In this document: positions 1 through 12,589 of the stretch, in pieces | How the letters are laid out: every line of letters begins with the position of its first letter | Numbering within the stretch: the first letter of the stretch is position 1 | Origin: Eledone cirrhosa | Taxonomy: Eukaryota | Reading direction: 5' to 3' | Assembly: GCA_964016885.1 (NCBI GenBank) | Contig: OZ024742.1 | Coordinates: 11,408,001-11,472,000, forward strand | Length of the DNA stretch: 64,000 nucleotides | Notes under the pieces: generated by a model | Told to the model about the DNA's origin: nothing | Databases searched by the model: none | The model's input: only the letters and a program-made list of their open reading frames with translations | Translations under genes and position numbers: made by a program

Positions 1-5
1 TACAC

Positions 6-69
<64 letters not shown>

Positions 70-72
<3 letters not shown>

Positions 73-288
73 CTTACACATATACAAAGGGTATACACAT
101 GCACACATATAACTCAAAACATACACCTCCACACATACAATAACATCCATACCTACACACACATGCAGACATAAATACATATCTACCTAGTTGATGTTGT
201 GTAAATTCCAGTGAGAGAGTCTTATGTCTATGTTAGAAACCGACTCTCTCTATTGGCAAACATTTGTGAAATTATAAAACCAGAAGAA
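70..288 (+). mobile_element. 3'-UTR-only copy of an R4/Dong-like non-LTR retrotransposon
   Basis: Aligns by eye along its length with 1745-1968, the 3' UTR of the RLE element. It has the same GAGAGAGTC..GACTCTCTC stem (213-221/242-250) and the same end, CCAGAAGAA, running into a CATA-type microsatellite. Confidence 0.8.
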
Positions 289-420
289 CATATATACATT
301 CATACATACATACATAATACATACATAATGCATACATAATACATACATACATAATACATACATACATAATACATACATAATACATACATATATACATACA
401 TACATACATACATACATACA

Positions 421-588
421 TTCAGCTCCCTAATTCATAGTCTACAAATGGCTGCGATAGCTGGCACCTTCAAAATTTGCAAAACATTCTTGCGATTCAA
501 GGGATGACAATTTCTTTTCTTTTACAACCTTGCCACCAGGAAGGTGGCCGGTCAAAAAAATATACTCAAAATTAAGAGAAAGAGAAGA
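421..588 (+). mobile_element. 3' terminal fragment of a second R4/Dong-like family
   Basis: 421-507 translates as FSSLIHSLQMAAIAGTFKICKTFLRFKG*, matching the C-terminus LVRKLQVQSINGTVKICKTFQKCCI* of the neighbouring element. Its 3' UTR differs, has a GCCACC/GGTGGC hairpin and ends GAGAAGA-CATAC. Confidence 0.7.
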
Positions 589-676
589 CATACATAATAC
601 ATACATACATACATACATACATAGATACATTCATACATATATACATAATACATACATACATACATTCATACATATA

Positions 677-1968
677 GACCGCCTTTATTTGAAGGGTAAG
701 CAGGGAGGCAGGGGCCTAACATCAGTCCAGACAAAATTTGAATGTCGCCGACATCTACGAACCTCGAAGCGTAGGAGCCCGTCTCTCGAGCAAGTCTATC
801 TGCATGAAACAGATAAGATCATGAGAGTTGGGAAGGAACTCCTCGAGAGATATTCCCTGTGTGATAATCAAACACTCACACCCAGGGAAGTCGCTCAGCA
901 GTATCGCAGTGAATCCATGGATGAAAAACTGCATGCTTATCAGAAAAAAATTATGCATTGATACGTTGCCAGGAAGCTCCAGAGTGAGAGTAATATAGAT
1001 AAGGAAAGTAGTCTATCTTGGACCAACAACCGCTATATTGGCTCCCACTTTGAAGGATACGCTTTTGCAATCCAGGAATAGATTAGCACGAAATACCTGT
1101 TTCACAAAAGAGATAGGGATGCAGGCAAAACACCTAGATGTGATAACAAGTACAGACTCTGCAGAACTAACATCGAGGATATCATCCATGTTATCAGCAG
1201 CTGTCGAAAGATGTCATCGCGGTACTATCTACCTATGAGGCATGATGTAGTGGCCAAAACACTGTACAATGCAGTTCGAAAAAAAGATAGCCCCGATAAT
1301 AAACACATTAAAAGCTACAGCAATGTGGAAGACATGTACATAATATGAAAGAGTACTGGTGGAATGTTCCAGTAAAAACCCTAATAAAATGCAGGCATAA
1401 CAGACCAGATATTATGATATGGGACAGGGAGAAGAAAGCATGCACAGTAGTGGAAATCAGCTGCCCAGCAGATGCCAATATAATATCAAAGATTAGCGAA
1501 AAGGAGAATATTTATGCAGAACTGATGAGAAATCTGCAGATACTCCACCCTGATTACACCTTCAGATGTATGCCTGTGATTATTGGGGCACTGGGATATG
1601 TTAGTAACTGCCTCAATACAAATCTTGAGAAGCTAGGCTTCACAGGAACAGAAAGAACACAACTAGTTAGGAAATTACAAGTACAATCCATTAATGGAAC
1701 AGTAAAAATATGTAAAACATTCCAAAAATGTTGCATCTAATAACTGCATATACACATATACATATGCAAAGCATATACACATGCACACATACAACTCAAA
1801 ACATCCACATCCACACATACAATAACATCCATACCTACACATGCATGCATACATACATATCTACCTAGTTGATGTTGTGTAAATTCAAATGAGAGAGTCT
1901 TGTGTCTATGTTAGAAACCGACTCTCTCTCTATTGATAAAACTTTGTGAAATTATAAAACCAGAAGAA
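677..1968 (+). mobile_element. 5'-truncated, decayed R4/Dong-clade non-LTR retrotransposon (post-RT region, zinc knuckle, restriction-like endonuclease, 3' UTR)
   Basis: Motifs present: DRLYLKGKQGGRGL; FEGYAFAIQE; a knuckle remnant (Y)RLC..EDIIHVISSC; RHDVV; and the PD-(D/E)xK-type RPDIMIWDREKKACTVVEISCP. In-frame stops and frameshifts disrupt it. (CATA)n flanks both sides. Confidence 0.85.
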
Positions 1969-2493
1969 CATACATACATACATACATACATACATACATA
2001 CATACATACATACATACATACACATGTGGTTCAATGTATATTGTAAAACTATTTTTGTACAAAGATCTGATTCCATCTCTCTTAATTTCACATCATTGTT
2101 TTGTTCTTTCTTTTGAGAAAATTCAATATGTACCGACACATTGAGAACATATATTAATCATTATTGGTTAATATTTATGAGAGACTATCCAAGAAATACA
2201 GTAACATTTACGTTTGTATAAAACCTTTGATGTTTTGAAAGTGTCAAATGCATTCTGAAAATCAATAAACATTTCACCTTTTCAGTGTATTTTCACTAGT
2301 TACCTTTTAATGATGTCTCTGATATTAATCAATGCAATATTAGACTAATGATTGAATTTGATATCGAATTGTTTTTGATACATGAAACTCTTATGTTTTA
2401 TTTTAATTTTAATTGTTAAAGTATTCAACTCTAGATTAGTAGCAAAGTGATAGGGTCGCGGTTATCAGATAATGTTTTTCTTTTAATATTGTT

Positions 2494-2673
2494 TCTACTT
2501 TAGGCACAAGGCCAGCAATTACCCAGTGCATTACTGGTACTTTATTTTATCGACCCCGTCAGGATGAAAGGCAAAGTCAACCTCGGCGGGATTTGAACTC
2601 AGATCGTAAAGGGACGTAACTATGCTGGAAAGCATGGCGTCCGACCCTCTACCGATACTGCCAATCCACCGCC
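2494..2673 (-). mobile_element. tRNA-derived SINE with a ~19-bp target-site duplication
   Basis: The minus strand starts GGCGGTGGATTGGCAGTATCGG (A box), then GAGTTCAAATCC (B box), then GCCTTTCATCC..GGGGTCGATAAAATAAAGTACCAG, which resembles a Meta-SINE-type core typical of octopus SINEs. The direct repeat TTTTTCTTTTAATATTGTT lies at 2475-2493 and 2674-2692. Confidence 0.9.
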
Positions 2674-2871
2674 TTTTTCTTTTAATATTGTTAGATTGAA
2701 AGTGTTGGGAGGGTTTTTAATACAAACACATTTAAAATGAACAGTTTTATATCGTAGCATTAGAGGTGGATTGAAGCATTTCTGTCTCAAATTGGTTAAA
2801 TCAGATAGAGAGTTTCTAGACAGCTAAACTGGTTAGATAATATACGATACATCATTTTCAGTCCATTAATA

Positions 2872-2913
2872 TTTCTCTCTCTGTCTCTCTTTCCCCCTCT
2901 CTCTCCCTCCCTA

Positions 2914-2994
<81 letters not shown>
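2872..2994. repeat. (CT)n microsatellite
   Basis: Directly visible. Confidence 0.95.
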
Positions 2995-2997
<3 letters not shown>

Positions 2998-4247
2998 TAT
3001 TAGTATATGCTATACGCTCTACTGCTTTCATTCTCTATCTCTCTTAACTTTTTATCTCTCTCTTCTTCTCTGACAGCTCTTCCGTTCATTAAGGGGTTTT
3101 CTTTAACACAAATCTTTACTACGATTATCATATCATCCGGCTGTTTTACAGCTACTTCCGAGTTCGAGTTCCCCACAATTTTATGAAATTTTTACACACT
3201 CAACAAATCATTTCATATCATGTTATATATATTTGTTTTTATTTAGTTGACTTATTAGACGTTTTGTTTGTTTTATTTATGAAAATTTAATCCATTGTAA
3301 ATTAAATATTATTTGAATGTGATTGTTGAAATGTTTTTCTCTAGATTCAGGGATTTATAAAGTATATATGAAGTTCTTAAATATTCACTAAATACACGTT
3401 TTTCGATCAATGAAATACGGAAAGGTTTTTTTGAATATTAGAGTTTGTGTATTGATATATTGTGAATGGAAACAGAATAACTAATGATTATGATTCTAGT
3501 CCTTCATCTCTATGTACACTAGGTTTAAGTTATCACATTTTTTGTGATATCAACATGAAGTAAGAGATGTCTTTCAAAAATATATGGTGGTATAATGTTT
3601 AGATACACTTCTGTGAAAAATGTTTCTGAAGAATTGGTTCAGGGTAGACGATCTATCATCTGGGGCAGCAAACATGGATCAATCATGCACACCAACCGCA
3701 AATATTTAGTCATGTTTTTAATTTAAATCTATAGGCCAACGAAGGAAAATCTACATGGTCAATTGACCTTCTAGAAATATCTGACAAACACCCCACAAAT
3801 CATCACTCTCTACTGTTTTAAAGATGGGAAGGTTTCTTTGGACATTTTAGTCGTAAATAAACCTCAGAAGACATCAAGCTCGTAGATGTCTTTCGTCAGA
3901 ATTCTGTTCAATGAAGTTCGGTCTTATTTAAAATAATGCCTTTTATTTATTTAATTATTGAAGATTAAGTTTGTCTTAACATCAGAATGTGTATAATTAC
4001 TTTAAGCTGTTTTTACCTTCCTTATGTTGCCACCAGCGCTGACACATTTTCATTGATATATGTTCGCCGTATAAGTCGTTCTTCAAAGTAGCTTATTTTG
4101 ATAACATAAGTATAATTATAAAGTATAAGTAGTTTCTATTGGTTCATAGACACTAAGGAAAGATAAATAAGATACATAACACAACATAGATCATATGAAC
4201 TCTCTCTCTCACTCTCTCTTTCTTTCTCTCTCTCTCTCTTGCTCTCC

Positions 4248-4425
<178 letters not shown>

Positions 4426-4820
4426 GGCGTGGAATGGTGAATAATTATGGGGTCCATAATTTTGAGGACAGACGCATAGAGCACGAGAAGATCAAATGGG
4501 ATGTACTTAAGCACCGATAGAAACTACCGGTGTTTCCATTGAATTGAAGTGCCCTGAGTGTGGAAAGATTTGAGCAAATCTGGTCTAAGGAGCCACAGTG
4601 GCAGCCATGTTCAAAGAGAACCAGTGAACTATGATCTCCACGGTGTTGTGAGGGTTCACGAACAACGTGATGCAGGACCTCAAGCCAGGGAGATCCATAG
4701 TTGTCGTCAGTGTGTGAAGGAGTGCAAGTCTCTAGTAGGCTTGAAATGCCATATCCGAGCGTCACACAACTGAATCTGAGAAGCGATTGCAATACTCTTG
4801 GCAGAGTTTTCAGCCATCAT
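4426..4820 (+). mobile_element. RTE-clade LINE 3' fragment with C-terminal C2H2-like fingers
   Basis: [31 protein letters not shown] and CRQCVKECKSLVGLKCHIRASH resemble RTE ORF C-termini. The 3' tail GCAATACTCTTGGCAGAGTTTTCAGCCATCAT is followed by (TA)n. Confidence 0.65.
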
Positions 4821-5399
4821 GTATATATATATATATATATCATTTACATCACAAGATGCTTAATTATATGTAGCTACACACACGCAGTCACACGCACACC
4901 ACCCCACACACGTACACCCCCCACATACACACATACACCAGCTCACATACACCACACACACACACACACACACACACACTCTCTCTCTTTTACAAAACTA
5001 ATAAATAAATAGAGCTTTATAAAGTCGAACTACGGCCTTTACTCGCAACGGAGCATGACTTGGTAAAATGCATCACATTTTCGTTGACTGTTTAAGGAAG
5101 CCATGTAGTGAAGAGTGGATAGAGACAACTTCCGATTTTCTCCCCCTCAACTTACCAGAAAATATAACATGTGACGGAGGGGGAAAGGGCTGTAAAATCT
5201 TAGGACTGGTTCACCCTTTATTAAACATGAAATGATGACGCTGAGAGCCAGAAAAAAGTATTCAATCCGAGACTCTAACGCCTCCAATAAATCGACCACC
5301 AATACCATCTTCGATCTGTTGTTGAGTGGGGCAAGAAATGGTTTGTTATATTTATTGCATCTATGATTAAAATTCTACTTTTTAATCGCCATACAGAAC

Positions 5400-6125
5400 C
5401 ACGTTTGCCTTCCATTAGTATGGCTGATTATATCCCCCAAGAGAGAAACTCTATAAGCTTTCTTAGACTGACATTTACCAATGATTGGAGATGAGATGAT
5501 TATATCACATCGACTGTCAAGTCTGCTTCCCAGAAACTTTGTTTCCTCAATCATGTCAGAACATTGTTCACGCTGTAAATCTTTCTGAATCTACCTTTCG
5601 TGATTGTATTGAGTACTTTCATTACATCTGGTCAGGTATTTCTACCTTGCACCTTGATAGCTTAGATAAGATCCAAACAAGAATCGTCAATATTTACTTA
5701 TTTGTCGGGATCAATCACTGTCAGGCCATCAAAATGTTATCCACCCCCTCCTGTACCTTTTTTTAATAAATATTTTGAATGGTATTATCTAATGAGATTT
5801 CCTCTTTGGTGACTCATCTTTGGAAGTTTAAACGGAGCACTATATTGGCGGCTAGTTCTCATCCATTTAGAGTTGAAGATGCTAATTGAAATCATAAATT
5901 CTATTCTGATAGTTTATTCCCTCATATATCTCGCCAATGGAATTCTCTTGCGGCTTCTTGCTTTCCTGATTCCTACAATTTACAAAAAAAAACTAAACAA
6001 AAAAAAACCCAACAACATAAATCGTTATCTTCTCACTCCTTGAATTATGTAATCTCTGCCTTGTCTTTTTCCATTTTCAGTAACCCTTACATGTTTGTGG
6101 CCATATTGCCTTGATTCTAGGGAGC
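5400..6125 (+). mobile_element. Degenerate CR1/Jockey-group LINE 3' fragment
   Basis: Remnant post-RT motifs YITSTVKSASQKLCFL and IEYFHYIWSGISTLHLDSLDKIQTR. Many frameshifts. Ends in a short (TA)n. Confidence 0.6.
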
Positions 6126-6134
6126 TATATATAT

Positions 6135-6828
6135 ATATCAACTAGAAAGAGATTGACAAATACAATATAAAATAAATACATGAAACAATCACAGGGAATA
6201 ATTTGTAAAGAATGTAGGCACACATAGCTAGGTAGGTAACTAATTAAAGTTTGACTAGAACTTCAAATATAGATACCTTTTAAAATGATTAATCTCATTT
6301 ATATATATTTCTTTAAGTAAGAAATATATTTCACCTATTAATCCGTAAATCACAGCAGTTAAATTCTTGGATGTTCACCAAAGGAGAAGAAAATAACTAT
6401 CTGTGTTTACAAAGCAAATGTGAATGATTCGAACCACGTGTTGCATTTTCAAAAAAATACACACATTGAACCACGTCATCCCAGTGGCGTGAATAGGACC
6501 ATCGACAGCCAGAAATAGCAGTCGAGCCTATTCAACTGAATTAGCTCAACAATCAAGGGGCCGTATATATATCCAAAATTAAAATTAAGGGTTGTCATTA
6601 ACTGCTGTGATTTACGGATTAATAGGTGAAATATATTTCTTACTTAAAGAAATATATACAAAGGAGATTAATCATTTTAAAAGGTATCTATATTTGAAGT
6701 TCTAGTCAAACTTTAATTAGTTACCTACCTAGCTATGTGTGCTTACATTCTTTACAAATTATTCCCTGTGATTGTTTCATATGTTTATTTTATATATATA
6801 TATATGTCAATCTATTTCTAGTTGATAT
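6135..6828. repeat. Long inverted repeat: ~230-bp arms (6135-6362, 6598-6828) around a ~235-bp spacer
   Basis: The arms are near-perfect reverse complements, e.g. CCTATTAATCCGTAAATCACAGCAGTTAA / TTAACTGCTGTGATTTACGGATTAATAGG. Confidence 0.9.
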
Positions 6829-6913
6829 GTAATACTCGGATCAAATCTTTGAGCTTATTCTACGGTGGATATGGCGTATGTCTTTCAGACATGACAACCC
6901 TTAATTTTTATTT

Positions 6914-6949
<36 letters not shown>

Positions 6950-6980
6950 AGAATATTTTCGAAACAGCGAGTGGGTTTGA

Positions 6981-7312
<332 letters not shown>

Positions 7313-7654
7313 GGGGGATGAGATGTTATGTGTTAAGACCAGTAAGAGCATTATTCAACTTAGTACTGGAGACTTAAAGAAAGTAATATGTACGAAAATA
7401 CGAAGGGAATTTTCTGCAGCAAAAGCTATTTCTCTACAATGTATATCTTGAAATTCAGAGAGCTGAAAGCTGAGAAATGAGACGTGAAAGCTAGGAACAC
7501 AATAACCTCTATTATTTATCAATGAAGTTCTTGTTTAAGCAGGCTACAAGAGGATATAAAACTCAAGGATTTTCTTTATCTGAATTATTTGAAATATGTT
7601 AAAGACATTAAAAGATATACAGAATTTTCTCCTAAGAAGCAAGAATACACATCC

Positions 7655-7692
<38 letters not shown>

Positions 7693-7786
7693 TTGTGTTG
7701 ATCCTGAGTTGAGTCGGGGTAACCACAGTAAATATGTTACTCAATACATATGTAGAGTGACGACAGAGGTTTATATAGACAAGCCA

Positions 7787-7883
7787 TCTACAGGATTAGA
7801 ACTGTTTCATTCGTCTGAAATCATCAGGAATGCCCTGGATTCCGAAAGATTTCAGACGAATGAAACAGTTCTAGTCCTGTAGA
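7787..7883. ncRNA. Head-to-head pair of hammerhead-like motifs (Penelope-type)
   Basis: The left copy on the minus strand reads CTGATGA-TTTCagacGAAT-GAAACAG-ttctaatc-CTGTA. The right copy on the plus strand is the same but with a degenerate core (CCGAAAGA). Same family as 8604-8656. Confidence 0.65.
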
Positions 7884-7965
7884 AGCATTTTCTGTATAAA
7901 CGTATATATAAATATTTGGGTGTGTGTACACATATGTATATATATATATATATATATATACATAT

Positions 7966-8490
7966 ATGATGGGTGCAAACTCTGCTAAGAGTATTGCAAT
8001 CGCTTGACTGATTAAAGATGTTTGATGCACCTTTAGGCTACGGCCAGCCACACAAACCTGTAACATATCCTGAACAAGCAATGCCTGTGCTTTGAAGTTT
8101 TTTTTAAGCGGGGAAAGGCCCTGCACTCGACCAAACCCACTCGAAAACACTACCCGAAAAGGAACACTGGTCAACATCAACGGAGGCTTCTGAGGATGCA
8201 GGTTTTTCTTTCTGACTTTCCCTCTCCTAGAAAGGGGTTATGACAACAACTGGGGGCCTTTCACTCCCAAATAACAAAAAGCAAAGAAATGCTATTTGGA
8301 TGACCGTTGACTCTGTTGAGTTCCTCCGCCTTTTGCCGGGTCTTGTATTTCATCCCGCAGGGGGTCCAAATACCACCTTCACCACCAGGCAAGCTTGGTG
8401 GGGTTGCCGGTTTAGACGCCGACGCCCCGACCATGAGACAGGTTGTACTGGGTTACATGTTACCAGTAGCATTCGTGATCGGTCGACCTG
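7966..8490 (-). mobile_element. Short non-autonomous RTE-derived element (5' segment plus RTE 3' tail)
   Basis: The 3' tail AAGCGATTGCAATACTCTTAGCAGAGTTTGCACCCATCAT matches the tail of 4426-4820. The 5' ~370 bp is homologous to 8798-9170. Confidence 0.65.
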
Positions 8491-8524
8491 ACATACACAC
8501 ACACGCACACACATATATATATAC

Positions 8525-8567
<43 letters not shown>

Positions 8568-8603
8568 CATATATATATCTCTATATATAGTTTTAATATA
8601 GAT

Positions 8604-8656
8604 GAGATTCTACAGGACTAGAACTGTTTCATTCATTTGAAATCATCAGGAATCTC
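8604..8656 (-). ncRNA. Type I hammerhead ribozyme motif
   Basis: Minus strand: GAGATTC-CTGATGA-TTTC(aaat)GAAT-GAA-ACAG(ttctagtc)CTGT-A^GAATCTC. This gives a 7-bp stem I, an intact core, a 4-bp stem III with palindromic CTAG in the loop, and a GUA cleavage triplet. Stem II is weak (U.U closing pair). Confidence 0.75.
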
Positions 8657-8713
8657 CTTATACATATGTATATATATATATATCTATATATATCTATATA
8701 TATATATATATAC

Positions 8714-8773
<60 letters not shown>

Positions 8774-8797
8774 ATATATATGTATATATATATATAT

Positions 8798-9381
8798 GGT
8801 AACATTTATCCTAGTACAACCTGTCTAATGGTCGGGTCGTTGGCGACTAAACTGGCAACCCCACCAAGGTTTCTTGGTGAGGAGGGTGACTTTGGACATC
8901 CTGCAGGACTAAAAACAAAACCTGTCAAAGGGCAAAGGAGCTCTTAAGAGTCAATGACCATCCAAAATCACTGGGAGAGATGACCCCTTAGCCTTTGTCA
9001 AGGCAGAATTCTAGGAGAAGGAAAACTCTGATATAACATCTGCAACCCTGATGGTATCCAATGATGTTGAATTGTTCTTCTTTTTGGTAAATATCATCTT
9101 GGTTAAGAGAGTGGGACTGGCTTTGTGCAGTGCCTTTGCTCACTATAAAAGCTTCACAGCACAGGCATTGCTTTATATCTGGAGATCTCTCTGCACTTGT
9201 CGTCACATGGTACCATTGGCCCAGCACTATGTGTCAATAATTGTCACAAGTGTAGTGTTTGTACCAGAGTTTTCAAGTCGCTGGCTGGACTAAAAAGTCA
9301 CATTCGTTCAGCGCATTGGTAGGGGTTCTCCTACATGGATATAAAGTAGTGGCCGTACTCGAAAACGAGTTGGCAGCCACC

Positions 9382-9383
<2 letters not shown>
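8798..9383 (+). mobile_element. Short non-autonomous RTE-derived element
   Basis: The 5' part GGTAACATTTATCCTAGTACAACCTGTC.. is homologous to the reverse complement of 8100-8465. The 3' part encodes [22 protein letters not shown] and ends ACTCGAAAACGAGTTGGCAGCCACCAT-(TA)n. Confidence 0.65.
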
Positions 9384-9414
<31 letters not shown>

Positions 9415-9415
9415 G

Positions 9416-9643
<228 letters not shown>

Positions 9644-9719
9644 TACCCACTCTACTACCCTAAGTATTGAGAACTTTGGTGCGTTATGGTCCACCTGGTT
9701 CCTTACCACATTTCCTTCG

Positions 9720-9824
<105 letters not shown>

Positions 9825-9862
9825 ATATATATATATGTATATATATATATATAATATATATG

Positions 9863-10007
<145 letters not shown>

Positions 10008-10045
10008 ATATATATATATGTATATATATATATATAATATATATG

Positions 10046-10504
<459 letters not shown>

Positions 10505-10558
10505 CGGTTTCAACACACGCTTTCAGATAAAGAATCTTGCTAAACAAATTCAGACACG

Positions 10559-10618
<60 letters not shown>

Positions 10619-10779
10619 ATGTATACACATATATCGATATGTATGTACGTGTATACACACACATAGCCAAACAGATAAGCATACACATATATAATGAGCC
10701 AATATAACCAACATTACAGCCTGGAGACTGAAACCAGTTCAATTATGCAATAACGTATATTGTTTCGTATTACTACATA

Positions 10780-10835
<56 letters not shown>

Positions 10836-10972
10836 GAGGTTATATTTAATTTGTTGCTTCAACAGTCTTGGAGTAACTACACAGCATATTCAGTCCACTA
10901 TCCAGGAAGCCCCAAACGTTAAGGCTGTCTTTTTTTCCGGGTATGTCAATATTTATTTCTAAAACAAATCTG

Positions 10973-11038
10973 TATTTTATCTGATGAAAGTGCACCATAA
11001 TTTGCATTGGTTGCCCTTGAAATATGTGTAATAAAATA
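10973..11038 (+). ncRNA. Type I hammerhead ribozyme motif
   Basis: TATTTTAT-CTGATGA-AAGTGCACCA..TGGTTGCCCTT-GAAA-TATGTG-TA^ATAAAATA. This gives a perfect 8-bp stem I, an intact core, a long imperfect stem II, a minimal quasi-palindromic stem III and a GUA triplet. Confidence 0.75.
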
Positions 11039-11668
11039 AATATGGTTTTATAAATATAGTTTCCATTTATTTAATATCATTGTGTATATATATATATATA
11101 TATATATAATGTAGATATGTCTTTGCAATATATGTATTACATTTCACACACACACACACGAGCGCGCATAATTATATATTATATATGCATACATACATAT
11201 ATATCATATATGCAGACACACACACACACACACACACATACAACGTTGTACATCGCCAGATATCAACCAGTAACATGTATAGAACGTTTAAAAGGCTGGG
11301 AATCACACCTAAACATATGTCACGTGCTAACATGAAAAGTTTCGTTTCTAAATTGCTGTCTATTATAGAAAGAGTCTGGACAGAGTCGCTGATAGGACAC
11401 AGAAAACTGTAATCAATTCTCCGATATAATTAGCGGAATTGATGTGTTTTCACTTCTACCGTAGGAAACCTTTTCAAAGACACCGTTTCACCACGTTTAT
11501 ATAACCACACATACACACACTACACCACATACACACACCACACCACACACACACATACACACACTACACCACACACACACACCACACCACACACACACAT
11601 ACACTCACACACACACACTCACTCACTCACACACGAATATATGTATGTATGTGTGTATATATACATAT

Positions 11669-11741
<73 letters not shown>

Positions 11742-12414
11742 CATATATACATATATATACATATATATCTAGTATATGTATGTATGTGTGCCTGTATGTG
11801 TGTGTGTATATATATATACACACACACACATATATATATATATATAAATATACATACATACATACATACATACATACATACATACATACATACATACATA
11901 CATACATACATACATACATACATACATCTGTCTGGAAATATCGGTTTGTTATATGAATGTGTCACAGAGCAACGATATCTTTGATTTTCTATTAAACCCT
12001 CTCAATGTTCGATTGCAGCCAGGAAGAATTTCTAGAACGTCACGCACCTGGAATATTTTGTTTATGAAGAGAAAGTTTTCAACTTTTCCTGTTTATTCTA
12101 TTGATTCACCCTGAGGTGGAGATAGTGACGCAGTGACGCTAGAATGGTGAATACAAATTGCATTGCAGTATTTCATATTGAATAATGTCTCGCTTTTGAT
12201 GTTGTTGTTGAGTTCGAATTCGGCTGGAGATTAATTTACTGTTTATATTTTCCTCAAGGGACGTTTATTTTTATTGTTTGGCCCTTTGGTGACCATCGCC
12301 ATCGATTCTGTTGAACGTCTTGTCGGATTAAACAGGACTTTGGTGTATAAAGAAGCTAGGACGGTAACAATTGTCTACATGTTCAGAATCCATTCAGAGA
12401 GAGGGGGTAAGAAG

Positions 12415-12470
12415 AGGAATCTACAGGATTCTACAGAAGAGGATTCTACAGGACTAGAACTGTTTCATTC
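12415..12470 (-). repeat. Truncated copy of the 8604-8656 hammerhead family
   Basis: GATTCTACAGGACTAGAACTGTTTCATTC is identical to the 8604 motif. The CTGATGA half is missing. Confidence 0.6.
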
Positions 12471-12516
12471 AAAATATATCATATACACACACATATAAAC
12501 ACACACAGACTCATAC

Positions 12517-12577
12517 AGAAGAAGAAGAAGAAGAAGAAGAAGAAGAAGAAGAAGAAGAAGAAGAAGAAGAAGAAGAA
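12517..12577. repeat. (GAA)n microsatellite
   Basis: About 20 copies, directly visible. Confidence 0.95.
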
Positions 12578-12589
12578 TGAGGAGGTATA

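Noticed and set aside
2580-2673. tRNA gene
   Set aside because: The A and B boxes belong to a SINE head with a TSD, and no cloverleaf forms.
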